Part shown: in pieces, positions 54,178-63,566 of the stretch
How positions within the stretch are numbered: position 1 is the stretch's first letter
How the letters are laid out: every line of letters starts with the position of its first letter
Assembly: GCA_963780225.1 (NCBI GenBank)
Contig: CAWAAX010000027.1
Coordinates: 32,001 to 96,000, forward strand
Origin: an uncultured bacterium
GTDB taxonomy: Bacteria; Edwardsbacteria; AC1; EtOH8
Reading direction: 5' to 3'
DNA: 64,000 nt
The notes under the pieces: model-generated
Seen by the model: only the letters and a program-made list of their open reading frames with translations
What the model was told of the DNA's origin: nothing
Databases searched by the model: none
Made by a program: the position numbers and the translations under genes

Positions 54178-56577
54178 TTACCTATTTTTTATGCTCGACA
54201 ATATCTGCCCTAAGGCAATGCCGCCATCGTTTGAAGGAACCTGTCTGTGGATCAGCACCTGGTAATCTTTTTGCAACAATCCTTGCCGGACATGGTCCAA
54301 CAAAGTTCTATTCTGGAACACGCCCCCGGAAAGTGCCACGGTTTTTATCCCCGATCGTAGCTTTAAATTATCGCACATTGCCAGGGTAAAGTCAACGATT
54401 GTATTGTGGAATTTGGCCGAACAAACGCCTGGTGCCACGCCTTTTTTAACGTCGTCGTTCAACTGCCGCCACATCTCTTTTAACCGGACTATTGACTGTC
54501 CGTCTGATTGAATTATCTGATGATCGTATCTGCCGGTGGTGCCGTGATCAGCGCAATTCTCCAGCGCGATGGCCGCCTGGGCCTCAAAGGTAATGGCGGG
54601 ACATACTCCCAGCAATGCGCTGACCGCGTCGAACAGGCGCCCCAGGCTGGAGGTCCAGGCCAGGTTGAATTTGCTGTCCAATTGTTTGGATATCAGTTCC
54701 AGCTCGGGCTGGTATTCCTTGGGGAACACCGGCGCCGGCAGTTCGTTCAAAAGATACTTGCCGTAGGCGGCGGCTATCCGGTAGGGCTTTTTGATGGAGG
54801 TTTCGCCGCCCGGCAGGGGCAGGTATTCAAGGTGCCCGGCCCTGTCCATCGTTTTGCCGTCGAACAGGAAGAACTCCCCGCCCCATATCTTGCCGTCCTC
54901 GCCATAACCGGTGCCGTCGAAGGCCACTCCGATGGCCGGGATCATTTTGCCGTTATCGGCCAGTGTGCTTAGGATATGGGCTTGGTGATGCTGTACCGTG
55001 TTCAGAGCCACGCCGGTCTGTTCCTTGGCCCATCTGGTGGTAAGGTAGTCAGGGTGCAGGTCATGGACAATGACCTCCGGCTTTATCTGAAACCACTTCT
55101 GGTATTTCTCAACCATCTCTTTGAAATATTCCAGGGTGGCCAGGTTATCCATCTCGCCGATGTATTGGCTTAGATAGGCCTTGTTGCCGGAAGCCAGACA
55201 GAAGACGTTCTTCATCTCCCCTCCCACCGCCAGGGTCGGAGGCACCGAAACCGGAAGGATTATCGGGTTTGGGGCATAGCCCCGGGAGTGGCGGACTATC
55301 TGAACGATCTGCTGATTCTCGTTTGACAACGATTCCTGATCATTCTGCTTTTTGATTTCTGATTTCTTGCCCTGAGCTGCCGGGCTGAGTCTGCCGAAGC
55401 CCCTGTCGAAGGGTTGATTTTCTGCCCCAGTAATAAAGACTATCGAGTCATCATTGCGGTTCTCAATATCCCGGTCGTTCATCAGAAAATGGTCGGCCAG
55501 GCCCCCCAGCCTGTTCAAAGCCTCCTGGTTGCCGGCCGCCACCGGCTCATCCTGGACATTGCCCGAGGTCATCACCAAGGCCTTGAGATCGGGGTTTATT
55601 TTTTTCAGTTCCCGGAACAAAAGGTAATGCACCGGCGCATAGGGCAGCATCACTCCCAGATAATTGTTCCCCGGTGCTAACTGTTCTGAAATATTATTTT
55701 TATTCTGCCTTTTGAATTCAGCCTTATGTAACAGCACAATAGGCGCCTGGCTTGATCCCAGTACTTTCTCTTCCGCTCCGCTTACCCGGCAGATATCCCT
55801 GACATCATCCAGCGACCCGCCCATCAGGGCCAGCGGTTTGTCCGGGCGGTTCTTCCTGTGACGAAGCTTTTTGACCGCGGCATCACTGCCGGCATCGCAG
55901 GCCAGGTGAAATCCCCCTATTCCCTTGATGGCCAGAATCTCACCAGCCAAAAGGAGTTCTGCGGCCCTGGTCATCGCCCCGGACCTTTCGGCAGTTGCCT
56001 TGGCGTCCCGGCCGCAGAGCCAGACCCTGGGGCCGCAGACCGGACAGGCATTGGGCTGGGCGTGGAACCTGCGGTTTTCCGGATCGTCGTATTCCTTTTG
56101 ACAGTCGGGGCACATGGTGAATCCCGCCATAGATGTCAAAGGCCGGTCATACGGAGTATTTTGGATGATGGAGAACCGCGGCCCGCAGTTGGTGCAGTTT
56201 ATGAAGGGATACAGGTAACGCCGGTCTTTCTCATCCAGCATCTCGGCCAGACAGTCTGGACACAGGGCGATGTCGGGGGAGATCCTGGTGACGCCGCCGC
56301 TTTTCAAGCTCTCCCTGATGACAAAATCCTTGTGATCGCCGGGCTCGGCCGGGAAAACGGCCATGGCATCGATCAGGGCCTGGGGCGGCAGTTCGCTTTT
56401 GACCTGGGACAAGAAAAGGTCGATGCTGTCGGAACAGCCCTGGACATGGATCTCCACCCCCTGGCTGGAATTAAGAACCCAGCCGGCCAGGCCGTGCTTT
56501 TTGGCCAGCCGGTAGATGAAGGGCCGGAAGCCCACCCCCTGGACGATGCCGTTTATGTTTATCTTTACTGCGTTCAT
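54178..56577 (-). CDS. hypF: Carbamoyltransferase HypF
   Basis: GIVQGVGFRPF, zinc fingers CTNCGPR and CPVCGP, KGIGGFHL, HDLHPDY, QHHQAH, DGTGYG, NDGGIALGQ. Confidence 0.97.
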   Translation of the reverse strand: MNAVKININGIVQGVGFRPFIYRLAKKHGLAGWVLNSSQGVEIHVQGCSDSIDLFLSQVKSELPPQALIDAMAVFPAEPGDHKDFVIRESLKSGGVTRISPDIALCPDCLAEMLDEKDRRYLYPFINCTNCGPRFSIIQNTPYDRPLTSMAGFTMCPDCQKEYDDPENRRFHAQPNACPVCGPRVWLCGRDAKATAERSGAMTRAAELLLAGEILAIKGIGGFHLACDAGSDAAVKKLRHRKNRPDKPLALMGGSLDDVRDICRVSGAEEKVLGSSQAPIVLLHKAEFKRQNKNNISEQLAPGNNYLGVMLPYAPVHYLLFRELKKINPDLKALVMTSGNVQDEPVAAGNQEALNRLGGLADHFLMNDRDIENRNDDSIVFITGAENQPFDRGFGRLSPAAQGKKSEIKKQNDQESLSNENQQIVQIVRHSRGYAPNPIILPVSVPPTLAVGGEMKNVFCLASGNKAYLSQYIGEMDNLATLEYFKEMVEKYQKWFQIKPEVIVHDLHPDYLTTRWAKEQTGVALNTVQHHQAHILSTLADNGKMIPAIGVAFDGTGYGEDGKIWGGEFFLFDGKTMDRAGHLEYLPLPGGETSIKKPYRIAAAYGKYLLNELPAPVFPKEYQPELELISKQLDSKFNLAWTSSLGRLFDAVSALLGVCPAITFEAQAAIALENCADHGTTGRYDHQIIQSDGQSIVRLKEMWRQLNDDVKKGVAPGVCSAKFHNTIVDFTLAMCDNLKLRSGIKTVALSGGVFQNRTLLDHVRQGLLQKDYQVLIHRQVPSNDGGIALGQILSSIKNR

Positions 56578-56593
56578 GATTGATCTTAAAATA

Positions 56594-56917
56594 AATGATT
56601 ATCCAAGCAGCTCAGGAAACACGTGAGCAATACGTGCCAACCCCGGTTGTCGCGTTAAAACGATCAGTGAGCATCGCAGTTGATGGCGGTTAAAAGCTTG
56701 TCTGGCCTGTTTGAGGGCTTGGCCAAAGCCCGAGTTCAGACAAGCCCGCCAGCGACGAGAAGCGCAACGCCCGGAGAGTTTTCAGCGACGAGCTTTTTCT
56801 TTTGGTTCTTTTCTTTTTGGCGGTACAAAAAGAAAAGAATATAACCTGGTAAAACCTGTGATTTTACCTTATCCACTATATTCTTTCTACTTCTCCTGAT
56901 CAAGTTGGATAGGCATT
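56594..56917 (-). mobile_element. MITE-like element with structured core, copy 3 (324 bp)
   Basis: TIRs aatgattatccaagcagctcagga / tcctgatcaagttggataggcatt; 8-bp direct repeat TTAAAATA at 56586-56593 and 56918-56925. Confidence 0.92.
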
Positions 56918-57047
56918 TTAAAATAAACCGCCCTGTTATTTTCAGGACGGGGGAAACACCCTTTGATTATATTCCTAAATGCTTAAAATTTCAAGGCATA
57001 TCTCAAGTCTTGCATTTTGCGGTGAAATAGTATATGCTTACTGCCCT

Positions 57048-58439
57048 ATGGCCAAAAACAGCATTCATACACCCTCTGCCGGAAGCATCGAGCCGGAACG
57101 CAGCCTTAAGATATCCATCATCGAAGGCAGTTTTGCCACGGTCCACATCACCGTCAGTCTGGGAGCCTTGGTCACCGGATACGCCCTGATGCTGGGAGCC
57201 AACGATTTCCACCTGGGGTTGCTGGCGGCCCTGAACGCCCTGTCCACCGTGGGCTCGGTCATCAGCGCCCAGATCCTGGGACGGCTGGGTAGCCGCAAAA
57301 AGCTGACCGTCTGGGGGGCCACCGTCGGGCGAGCATTGTGGGCCCTGCTCTGCGTCCTGCCCTTCATCAAGATCATGCCCGGCTTTAAGCTGGCCCTGTT
57401 CTTTGCCGTGATGTTCCTGGGGAACACCATCCTCAGCGCCGCCAACACCGCCTGGCTTTCCTGGATGACCGACCTGGTGCCCCCGGAAAAGCGGGGCGTC
57501 TATTTCGGCAAGCGCAGCGCCATCCTGGGAGCGGTGACCATGCTAACCAATTACGGGGCCGGCTGGGGATTTGACCGGATGAAAGCGGCCGGGCTGCAGG
57601 ACCAGGGGTTTGCCCTGATCTTCGGGCTGGCCGCCCTGTTTGCCGTGATCGCCGGGCTGATCCTGAACCGCCAGTGGGAGCCGCCGTTAAAGGGGGAGAA
57701 GTCCCTCTCCATTTACGAGATCGTAAAACTGCCCTTCGCCGACCCCAATTTCAAAAAACTGCTGACCTTCTTCATCTTCTGGTCGCTGTCCACCGCCGTG
57801 GCCGGGCCCTTCTTCGGGGCCCACATGATCAAGAATCTTAAGATGCCATACTCGGTGATCGCCCTCTATTCCATCGTCGCCGGGATACTTAACCTTTCCA
57901 CTCAGCCTTTGTGGGGAAAAATAATCGACAAGCTGGGGAACCGCCCGGTGCTGATATTCAACCTGGTCGGCATCTTCCTGCTGCCGCTGTTCTGGCTGTT
58001 CGCCACCCCTTCATTTTATCTGCCCATCTGGGTGGATGCCTTTCTGACCGGTTTTTTCTGGCCGGGTTTCACCCTGGCCGGCTTCAACCTGCTGCTGCTG
58101 ACCGCGCCCGAGCAGAACCGGACCTCCTACCTTTCGATCTATACCGTAACCACCGGATTCGCCGTGTTCCTGGCCTCTCTGGCCGGGGGCTGGCTGGCCA
58201 ACGCCCTGCATGATTTCAAATTAGTGCTGCTGGGGCATACCCTGATCAACTTCCACCTGCTCTTTGCCTTTTCCTCGCTGGCCAGGATATTTACCCTGCC
58301 CCTGGCCTTGAAACTAAGGGAGGAAAGGTCCCACCCGGTGGGCACCCTGCTGAACCTGTTCGGCGACAAGATCAGCCAGAATTTTGCCGGAGGTTGGCAG
58401 GCCGGGATAGTGATGGTAAAAAGGATCACCCGGGGTTGA
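57048..58439 (+). CDS. MFS transporter
   Basis: About 12 hydrophobic segments; WMTDLVP..RG.YFG.R and WGKIIDKLGNR loop motifs. Confidence 0.88.
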   Translation: MAKNSIHTPSAGSIEPERSLKISIIEGSFATVHITVSLGALVTGYALMLGANDFHLGLLAALNALSTVGSVISAQILGRLGSRKKLTVWGATVGRALWALLCVLPFIKIMPGFKLALFFAVMFLGNTILSAANTAWLSWMTDLVPPEKRGVYFGKRSAILGAVTMLTNYGAGWGFDRMKAAGLQDQGFALIFGLAALFAVIAGLILNRQWEPPLKGEKSLSIYEIVKLPFADPNFKKLLTFFIFWSLSTAVAGPFFGAHMIKNLKMPYSVIALYSIVAGILNLSTQPLWGKIIDKLGNRPVLIFNLVGIFLLPLFWLFATPSFYLPIWVDAFLTGFFWPGFTLAGFNLLLLTAPEQNRTSYLSIYTVTTGFAVFLASLAGGWLANALHDFKLVLLGHTLINFHLLFAFSSLARIFTLPLALKLREERSHPVGTLLNLFGDKISQNFAGGWQAGIVMVKRITRG

Positions 58440-58448
58440 TCCAAAAGA

Positions 58449-58488
58449 TTAAAAAACCGCTCGGCAGACAGCTGAGCGGTTTTTTTAA
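58449..58488. terminator. Bidirectional intrinsic terminator
   Basis: aaaaaaccgctcggc-agaca-gctgagcggttttttt between convergent genes. Confidence 0.88.
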
Positions 58489-58506
58489 TTCCATCGCAGG
58501 GGCTAT

Positions 58507-59589
58507 CTATTCCACCGGTTCCCAGATGGATTCCCCGGTCTTGTTGATATATCCGTAATCGCCGTCGTTCTTGATCATCCCCAGGCCGTTGGCAAATTTG
58601 AATACCTCGTCGAACTGGGTGTCGATGACGATCTTCCCGGTCTTATCGGCATAACCCCAAACCTCACCGGCCTTTATCCCGGCCAGGTCCTCGGAGAACG
58701 GCCGGACCTCCAGAAACTGCGGTTCTATCGCCTGCTGGCCGCCCTTGCTGATGAAGCCCCACTTGTCCTCGATCTTTACCCCGGCCATCTCCTGGCTGAA
58801 GTCCTGGGCGTCATCAAACGCAGGGTTGATCACCATTTTCCCGATCTTGTTGATATAGCCGTATTTGCCTCCGGTCTTCACCCGGGCCAGGCCGTCCACG
58901 AAAGGACCGCCGTCGTCGAACTGGGGTTTGATGACCATCTTGCCGGTTTTGTTGATATAGCCGCAGGAGAGCTTTTCCACCACATAACCAGCCTGCTTGA
59001 TCTTGACCGGGGCCAGTCCGTCCGAATAATCACCGGCCCAGTCGAATTTCTGGATCCCGATGAACTTCCCGGTCTTGTCGATGAAACGGAACTTGTCCTG
59101 GATGTTCACCCGGGCCAGGCCCTGGCTGAAACGATAGACCCCGCCGATGTCTTCCGGCTTGACCTTTTTGAAACTAACCACTATCTTCCCGGCCTTGTTG
59201 ATGTAGCAATAGCTTCCGGATCCGTCCTTGCCCACCACCCCCACCGCCGCCAGCCCCTCGCTGAAGGCGTCGGCATAGAGCAGCAGGGGATCTATCACAT
59301 ACTTGCCGGCGGGATCGATGAACCCGTACTTGTCGCCCAGCCGCACCGCCGCCAGCCCCTCGCTGAAGGCCCCGGCCGAATCAAACTGCAGGGCCACCGC
59401 CAGTTTTCCGGCATTGTCTATATACCCCCACTTGCCGGCTTGTTTGACCGGGAACAAAAGCACCGGTTTTTCAGGAGCGGCTGTCTTCAGCTTCTGGGAA
59501 TGGGCCCAGCCGGGGGCCAGGGCCATGAGGACGATCAGGATCAAAGGCCTCAGCATTTCAAGCCTCCTTGGGTTGTAGCTTATTTTCAT
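58507..59589 (-). CDS. WG-repeat (KWG) secreted protein
   Basis: Repeated FSEGLA.V....K(W/Y)G(Y/F)I...G...I...F units; signal peptide (start may be 59556). Confidence 0.92.
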   Translation of the reverse strand: MKISYNPRRLEMLRPLILIVLMALAPGWAHSQKLKTAAPEKPVLLFPVKQAGKWGYIDNAGKLAVALQFDSAGAFSEGLAAVRLGDKYGFIDPAGKYVIDPLLLYADAFSEGLAAVGVVGKDGSGSYCYINKAGKIVVSFKKVKPEDIGGVYRFSQGLARVNIQDKFRFIDKTGKFIGIQKFDWAGDYSDGLAPVKIKQAGYVVEKLSCGYINKTGKMVIKPQFDDGGPFVDGLARVKTGGKYGYINKIGKMVINPAFDDAQDFSQEMAGVKIEDKWGFISKGGQQAIEPQFLEVRPFSEDLAGIKAGEVWGYADKTGKIVIDTQFDEVFKFANGLGMIKNDGDYGYINKTGESIWEPVE

Positions 59590-60533
59590 TTTTTATCCTG
59601 CTGTTTTATCAAGGCCGCCAGCAAAGGCAGCATTATCTCGTGATGCCCGGTAAAACTGTATCCCCGGCCGCCTGACTGGGTCGGGCGGCTGACCACGTTG
59701 ACGTTGGGCCGGTAGTGCTGGATCATGTCAAAGTTGGCGGTGGTGAAATCCTTGACCTTGTGCCCAAGGTTGCGGGCCACGGTCAGGGTCTTTAAAAAAA
59801 CCTCCGGCATGATCACGGTGGAGCCGATGTTGATCACCACCCCGCCGGAAAGTTTGGTGACCGACTGGGCCAGGATCCGGAAATCCCGGGCGCTGCAGTC
59901 GCCGGCGGCGGCTCCGTCGTAGCTGGGGTGCTGGTTGATGATGTCGGTGCCCACCGCCACGTGGACCGTGGTTGGTATCTCGTTCCGGCTGCAGGCCGCC
60001 AGCAGGCTGAACTTCTGGTATTTGGCCTTTACCCCATTCAGGTACTGTCCCAGCGCCTGGCCGTAGCCCATCCGGCAGAGGCTGGCGGCCTTGATGACGC
60101 CGTTGATGCCGTCGGCGGTCTCTTTGGCCATGCCGAAACTGCCGTCTTCCAGGCCTGCGGCCACGTCCTCGGAGGTTTTGCCCCAGCAGGCCATTTCAAA
60201 GTCGTGGATGGCCCCGGCCCCGTTGGTGGCCAGGTGGGTGATGTAGCCCTGCTCTATCAGATCTATCAGCACCGGGGAAAGCCCGCATTTTATGGGATGG
60301 GCCCCCATCATCACGATCACCGGCCGCCCCCGGCTCCGGGCCTTCCGCACCGCCTGGGCCAGTAAAAACAGGTCATTGACCTTCAGCGTCCTGGGCAGGG
60401 AATCAAAAAATTGCGCCAGCGAAGATCCCGGCTTTACGGTCTTGGCCAGCTGGCCCAGGTCCACCTTGCTCCAGCGGTCCCTGATGGAATGGCTTTTGAC
60501 CCTGGAGATGTCTATTTCCTTGAAGTTTTTCAT
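59586..60533 (-). CDS. Deoxyhypusine-synthase-like protein
   Basis: MGAHPIKCGL, ATNGAGAIHD.E, GTSEDV-like motif, G..VIMPEVFLK, GHHEIMLP. Confidence 0.65.
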   Translation of the reverse strand: MKNFKEIDISRVKSHSIRDRWSKVDLGQLAKTVKPGSSLAQFFDSLPRTLKVNDLFLLAQAVRKARSRGRPVIVMMGAHPIKCGLSPVLIDLIEQGYITHLATNGAGAIHDFEMACWGKTSEDVAAGLEDGSFGMAKETADGINGVIKAASLCRMGYGQALGQYLNGVKAKYQKFSLLAACSRNEIPTTVHVAVGTDIINQHPSYDGAAAGDCSARDFRILAQSVTKLSGGVVINIGSTVIMPEVFLKTLTVARNLGHKVKDFTTANFDMIQHYRPNVNVVSRPTQSGGRGYSFTGHHEIMLPLLAALIKQQDKK

Positions 60534-60546
60534 GGCCTTACCGTCT

Positions 60547-61335
60547 TTATTGTTTTTCGGTGACCAGGTAGTCCGGGCCGTCTATCCCCTGGTTGTATTC
60601 CTTGAGCACCGCGTTGATGGAGCCCACCAGGATCTTGCTTTTCATCAGCACCGGTATCCGGCGGCTGTCGTTGGTCAGCCAGACCAAAAGCCGCCCCTTG
60701 TTCTGGAACAGCCCGGGGTAGCGCAGCACCGGCTCCACCACCAGGCATTCCACCTTGCCGAAGATGGTCTTGATCTTTTCCTTCCGGAGGAGCTTGACCT
60801 CCAGCGGATAATTGTTCTTGTCGGTATGGTTGTCGATATACAGCGACTGTCCGGCCGCCAGGGAAAAGGTCCGGGCATAGTACAGCGAGGTCAGGATGTC
60901 CCGGGCCTGGGGCGTGGTGGCTATCACCTGCCCGTTGTTATAGGTGACTTGGTTCTGCTCCTGATCAAAATCCAGCGACTCCTCGTGGCGGTAGCCGCCC
61001 TCCCGCATCTTCTTCTGGTAGCGCAGGGAATAGAGGCGTTCGTAGTCGGTGAAGGCCTCGAACCGGTCGTGTACCTGGTAGAATTTGGAGAAGAAAGGGT
61101 TGGACCAGGTCTCGTTGACGATGTGGTAGGCGCTGCGCTGGCCCACGTAGGTCAGTTCGCTGTCAACCCTCAGGTAGGAATACCCCGCGGTGATGCCGGC
61201 ATATTCTATGGTATAGGTCATCTTTTCGCCCCGGTTGAACTTCCGGAAAGGTTCGGCGGCGGCCGGTGAGGACCCGGCCATACCCGCGGCCAGCCCGGCT
61301 AAAAGACAGAGGATGTTTAGTTTGGCATTGTTCAT
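60547..61335 (-). CDS. DUF3108-like exported protein
   Basis: Signal peptide; GE...Y...Y.G..AG, V.D, D.L..LYY.R, WLTND.RRIPV pattern. Confidence 0.75.
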   Translation of the reverse strand: MNNAKLNILCLLAGLAAGMAGSSPAAAEPFRKFNRGEKMTYTIEYAGITAGYSYLRVDSELTYVGQRSAYHIVNETWSNPFFSKFYQVHDRFEAFTDYERLYSLRYQKKMREGGYRHEESLDFDQEQNQVTYNNGQVIATTPQARDILTSLYYARTFSLAAGQSLYIDNHTDKNNYPLEVKLLRKEKIKTIFGKVECLVVEPVLRYPGLFQNKGRLLVWLTNDSRRIPVLMKSKILVGSINAVLKEYNQGIDGPDYLVTEKQ

Positions 61336-61353
61336 TGATATTTTGAACCGTCG

Positions 61354-62364
61354 TTAACTATTGCCGGTTTTGTTCGTCTCAGTTACTTTGGCCAGGACCT
61401 CCTCCACCGTGATCTTCTCCATGCAATCGTATTCCGGGCACTTTTGACCGGGACATTTTGGACAACTTCCTGCCGGGGGCCGGATGACCGCGTGCTCCAC
61501 CCCGTATGGCCCCCAGCGTTTTATCTCGCAGGTGGGGCAATACAGGCCTATGACTTTGGTGTTAACCGCCACTGCTACATGCAGAGGCCCGGTATTGTTG
61601 GTGACCAGCACTTTGGCCAGGGAGATCAGGGCCGCCATGTCTTTCAGAGGCAGGTTTTCCGCCCAGCCGACCTCGGCCGTCAAATGCTTTTTCAACGATG
61701 TTTTAAGATCCAGTTCCTGGGGCCCCAGGCTGATGATGACCCTGCCCCCTGCGCCCTGGATCCTGTCTGCCAGCTTGGCAAATGATGCCAGGGGCCAGGG
61801 TTTGGATGACCCGCTGCAGCCGGGATGGATCAGTATGAAATCCCTGCCGTATTCCTTGACCAGGTTTTCTTTCAGCTCGTCCGGCACCGTCAAAACCGGC
61901 GGCAGATAACGCTGGCCGTCCGCTGGCTGGAATCCCAGACCCTGACAGACCAGATCCAGGTTGTATTCCAGTTCATGTTTTAAATTTTGCTTCCGGTGCT
62001 GTTTTACCCGGCGGTTGAAAAGCAAGCTGTACCCCCGGTAGGCCGTGCCTATTCTGACCGGGATCCCGGTCAGCCAAAGGGCCGCCGCCAGACGAAGGGT
62101 GGGGTGCAGAAGTACTGTAGCGTCAAACCTGTAAGCCCGCAACATTCCCGCTAATTCAAAAAAGCTTTTTCCGGTATCTATCAAAGCTTCATCAATATCA
62201 TGAGCCAACGGGATCAGGGATGCCGTGTTTTTCGAGACCAGGTAAGTTAACTTGGCTTCCGGGAACCGGCGCTTTAGAACGGTTGCCGCGGGCAGGGCCA
62301 GCACCAGGTCCCCCAGCCTGTCGTTTCGGACCACCAGTATGTTTTTAAACCCTTTCTCTCCCAC
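61354..62364 (-). CDS. Glycosyltransferase family 9 (heptosyltransferase-like)
   Basis: ILVVRNDRLGDLVL, IHPG...K.WP, NNTGPLHVA; probable GTG start at 62364. Confidence 0.92.
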   Translation of the reverse strand: MGEKGFKNILVVRNDRLGDLVLALPAATVLKRRFPEAKLTYLVSKNTASLIPLAHDIDEALIDTGKSFFELAGMLRAYRFDATVLLHPTLRLAAALWLTGIPVRIGTAYRGYSLLFNRRVKQHRKQNLKHELEYNLDLVCQGLGFQPADGQRYLPPVLTVPDELKENLVKEYGRDFILIHPGCSGSSKPWPLASFAKLADRIQGAGGRVIISLGPQELDLKTSLKKHLTAEVGWAENLPLKDMAALISLAKVLVTNNTGPLHVAVAVNTKVIGLYCPTCEIKRWGPYGVEHAVIRPPAGSCPKCPGQKCPEYDCMEKITVEEVLAKVTETNKTGNS

Positions 62365-62372
62365 AAAGCCCC

Positions 62373-63512
62373 TTATGCTGATTTTTTGTTCTTTGGCCCC
62401 TTGGACAGGCTTTCCAAGCCGTGCCTGACCGCCAGCGTTATGGCTTCCAGGTCCAGCTGTTTGATGCAGGAAAGATGGCCGCAGGACTTCTTCCAGCAGG
62501 GACTGCAGGCGAGTTTCGAGAATATCTTCTCGCCCCGTCCGTAGAGCTCTATCTCGGTGCCGCAGGACAGCCCGAACCAGGCCACCACCCACTTTTTTAG
62601 GGCCACCGCCATGTGCAGGGCCGAGGTGTCCCCGGTGATGATCAGGTCGCAGGCCTCAATGTAGACCATGCCCCGGCGGATGCCCTCATCCGTGGGGCTG
62701 TCGATGACGAAGGCCCCGGCCTTTTTCCGGATCTCGGCGTTGCGCCCGGCCTCGGCCTTGCCGCCCAGCAGCATTATTTTTGTCCCGGGCCATTTTTTAT
62801 GGAATTGTTTTATCAGTTGAACATGCTGTTCGATGGTCATCTTTTTGTTGGGAAAAAGATCTGAGCATCCGGTATTGAACCCTATAACCAGGCCGGTCCC
62901 CTTGATCCCATTCTTCAGCCGGTAGTCTTTGGCCGCCTGTTTTTCCCCGTCCGTCAGGCAAAGGACGTAGTCCTCGTTTTTGTAATCCAGTTTCATGGCC
63001 TGGGCCAGGAATTTTATCCCGGTGACCTTATTTCTCTTGAACTTCAGTTCGTCATCTATCCCCAGCCGGTAGCCGTATTCCGCTTCGGGATTGAAATAGG
63101 TGATGGCCCCGTTCTCATCCATGGCAAATCCCAGTTTTTCCTTGGCCTTGACCAAAATTGCCAGGGCGTCGGAACGGTGGGCCTTGTCTATGGAATATAA
63201 TTTGTCAAAGCTCATGGCCTGGAGGATGGAGACAGTTTCAAAGTCGTAGGGCCAGATCTTGTCGATATAGGGATTGTTCTGCAGCAAAGGGACAGCCATC
63301 GGCAGGGTCACCCAGTGGATGGTGCTTTGGGGATGCTGGCGCTTGATGGCCGGCAGCAGGGCCGTGGTCATCAGCACCGCGCCCAGGGCGTCCAGGTTGA
63401 TGATCAGGATCCTGGTGCCCCGGGGCTCGCGCTTTTTGCAGCCCCGGCACAGCCAGCCGGGATGACACGGCTTGTAGCCGTTAAAATGTTTACAGTCTAT
63501 GGTCTGGTGCAA
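62373..63512 (-). CDS. Glycosyltransferase family 9 (heptosyltransferase-like) with Cys-rich N-terminus
   Basis: DCKHFNGYKPC, ILIINLDALGAVL, GDTSALHMAVA, CSPCWK. Confidence 0.92.
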   Translation of the reverse strand: MHQTIDCKHFNGYKPCHPGWLCRGCKKREPRGTRILIINLDALGAVLMTTALLPAIKRQHPQSTIHWVTLPMAVPLLQNNPYIDKIWPYDFETVSILQAMSFDKLYSIDKAHRSDALAILVKAKEKLGFAMDENGAITYFNPEAEYGYRLGIDDELKFKRNKVTGIKFLAQAMKLDYKNEDYVLCLTDGEKQAAKDYRLKNGIKGTGLVIGFNTGCSDLFPNKKMTIEQHVQLIKQFHKKWPGTKIMLLGGKAEAGRNAEIRKKAGAFVIDSPTDEGIRRGMVYIEACDLIITGDTSALHMAVALKKWVVAWFGLSCGTEIELYGRGEKIFSKLACSPCWKKSCGHLSCIKQLDLEAITLAVRHGLESLSKGPKNKKSA

Positions 63513-63566
63513 AACGATCCTTTAAAAGAAAGCAAATTGTTAATGAATTGTTGAAAGTTTTCGGGT

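Noticed and set aside
51001..56917. Composite transposon carrying hypFCDE between MITE copies 2 and 3
   Set aside because: Each copy has its own flanking duplication and the outer flanks do not match, which indicates independent insertions.
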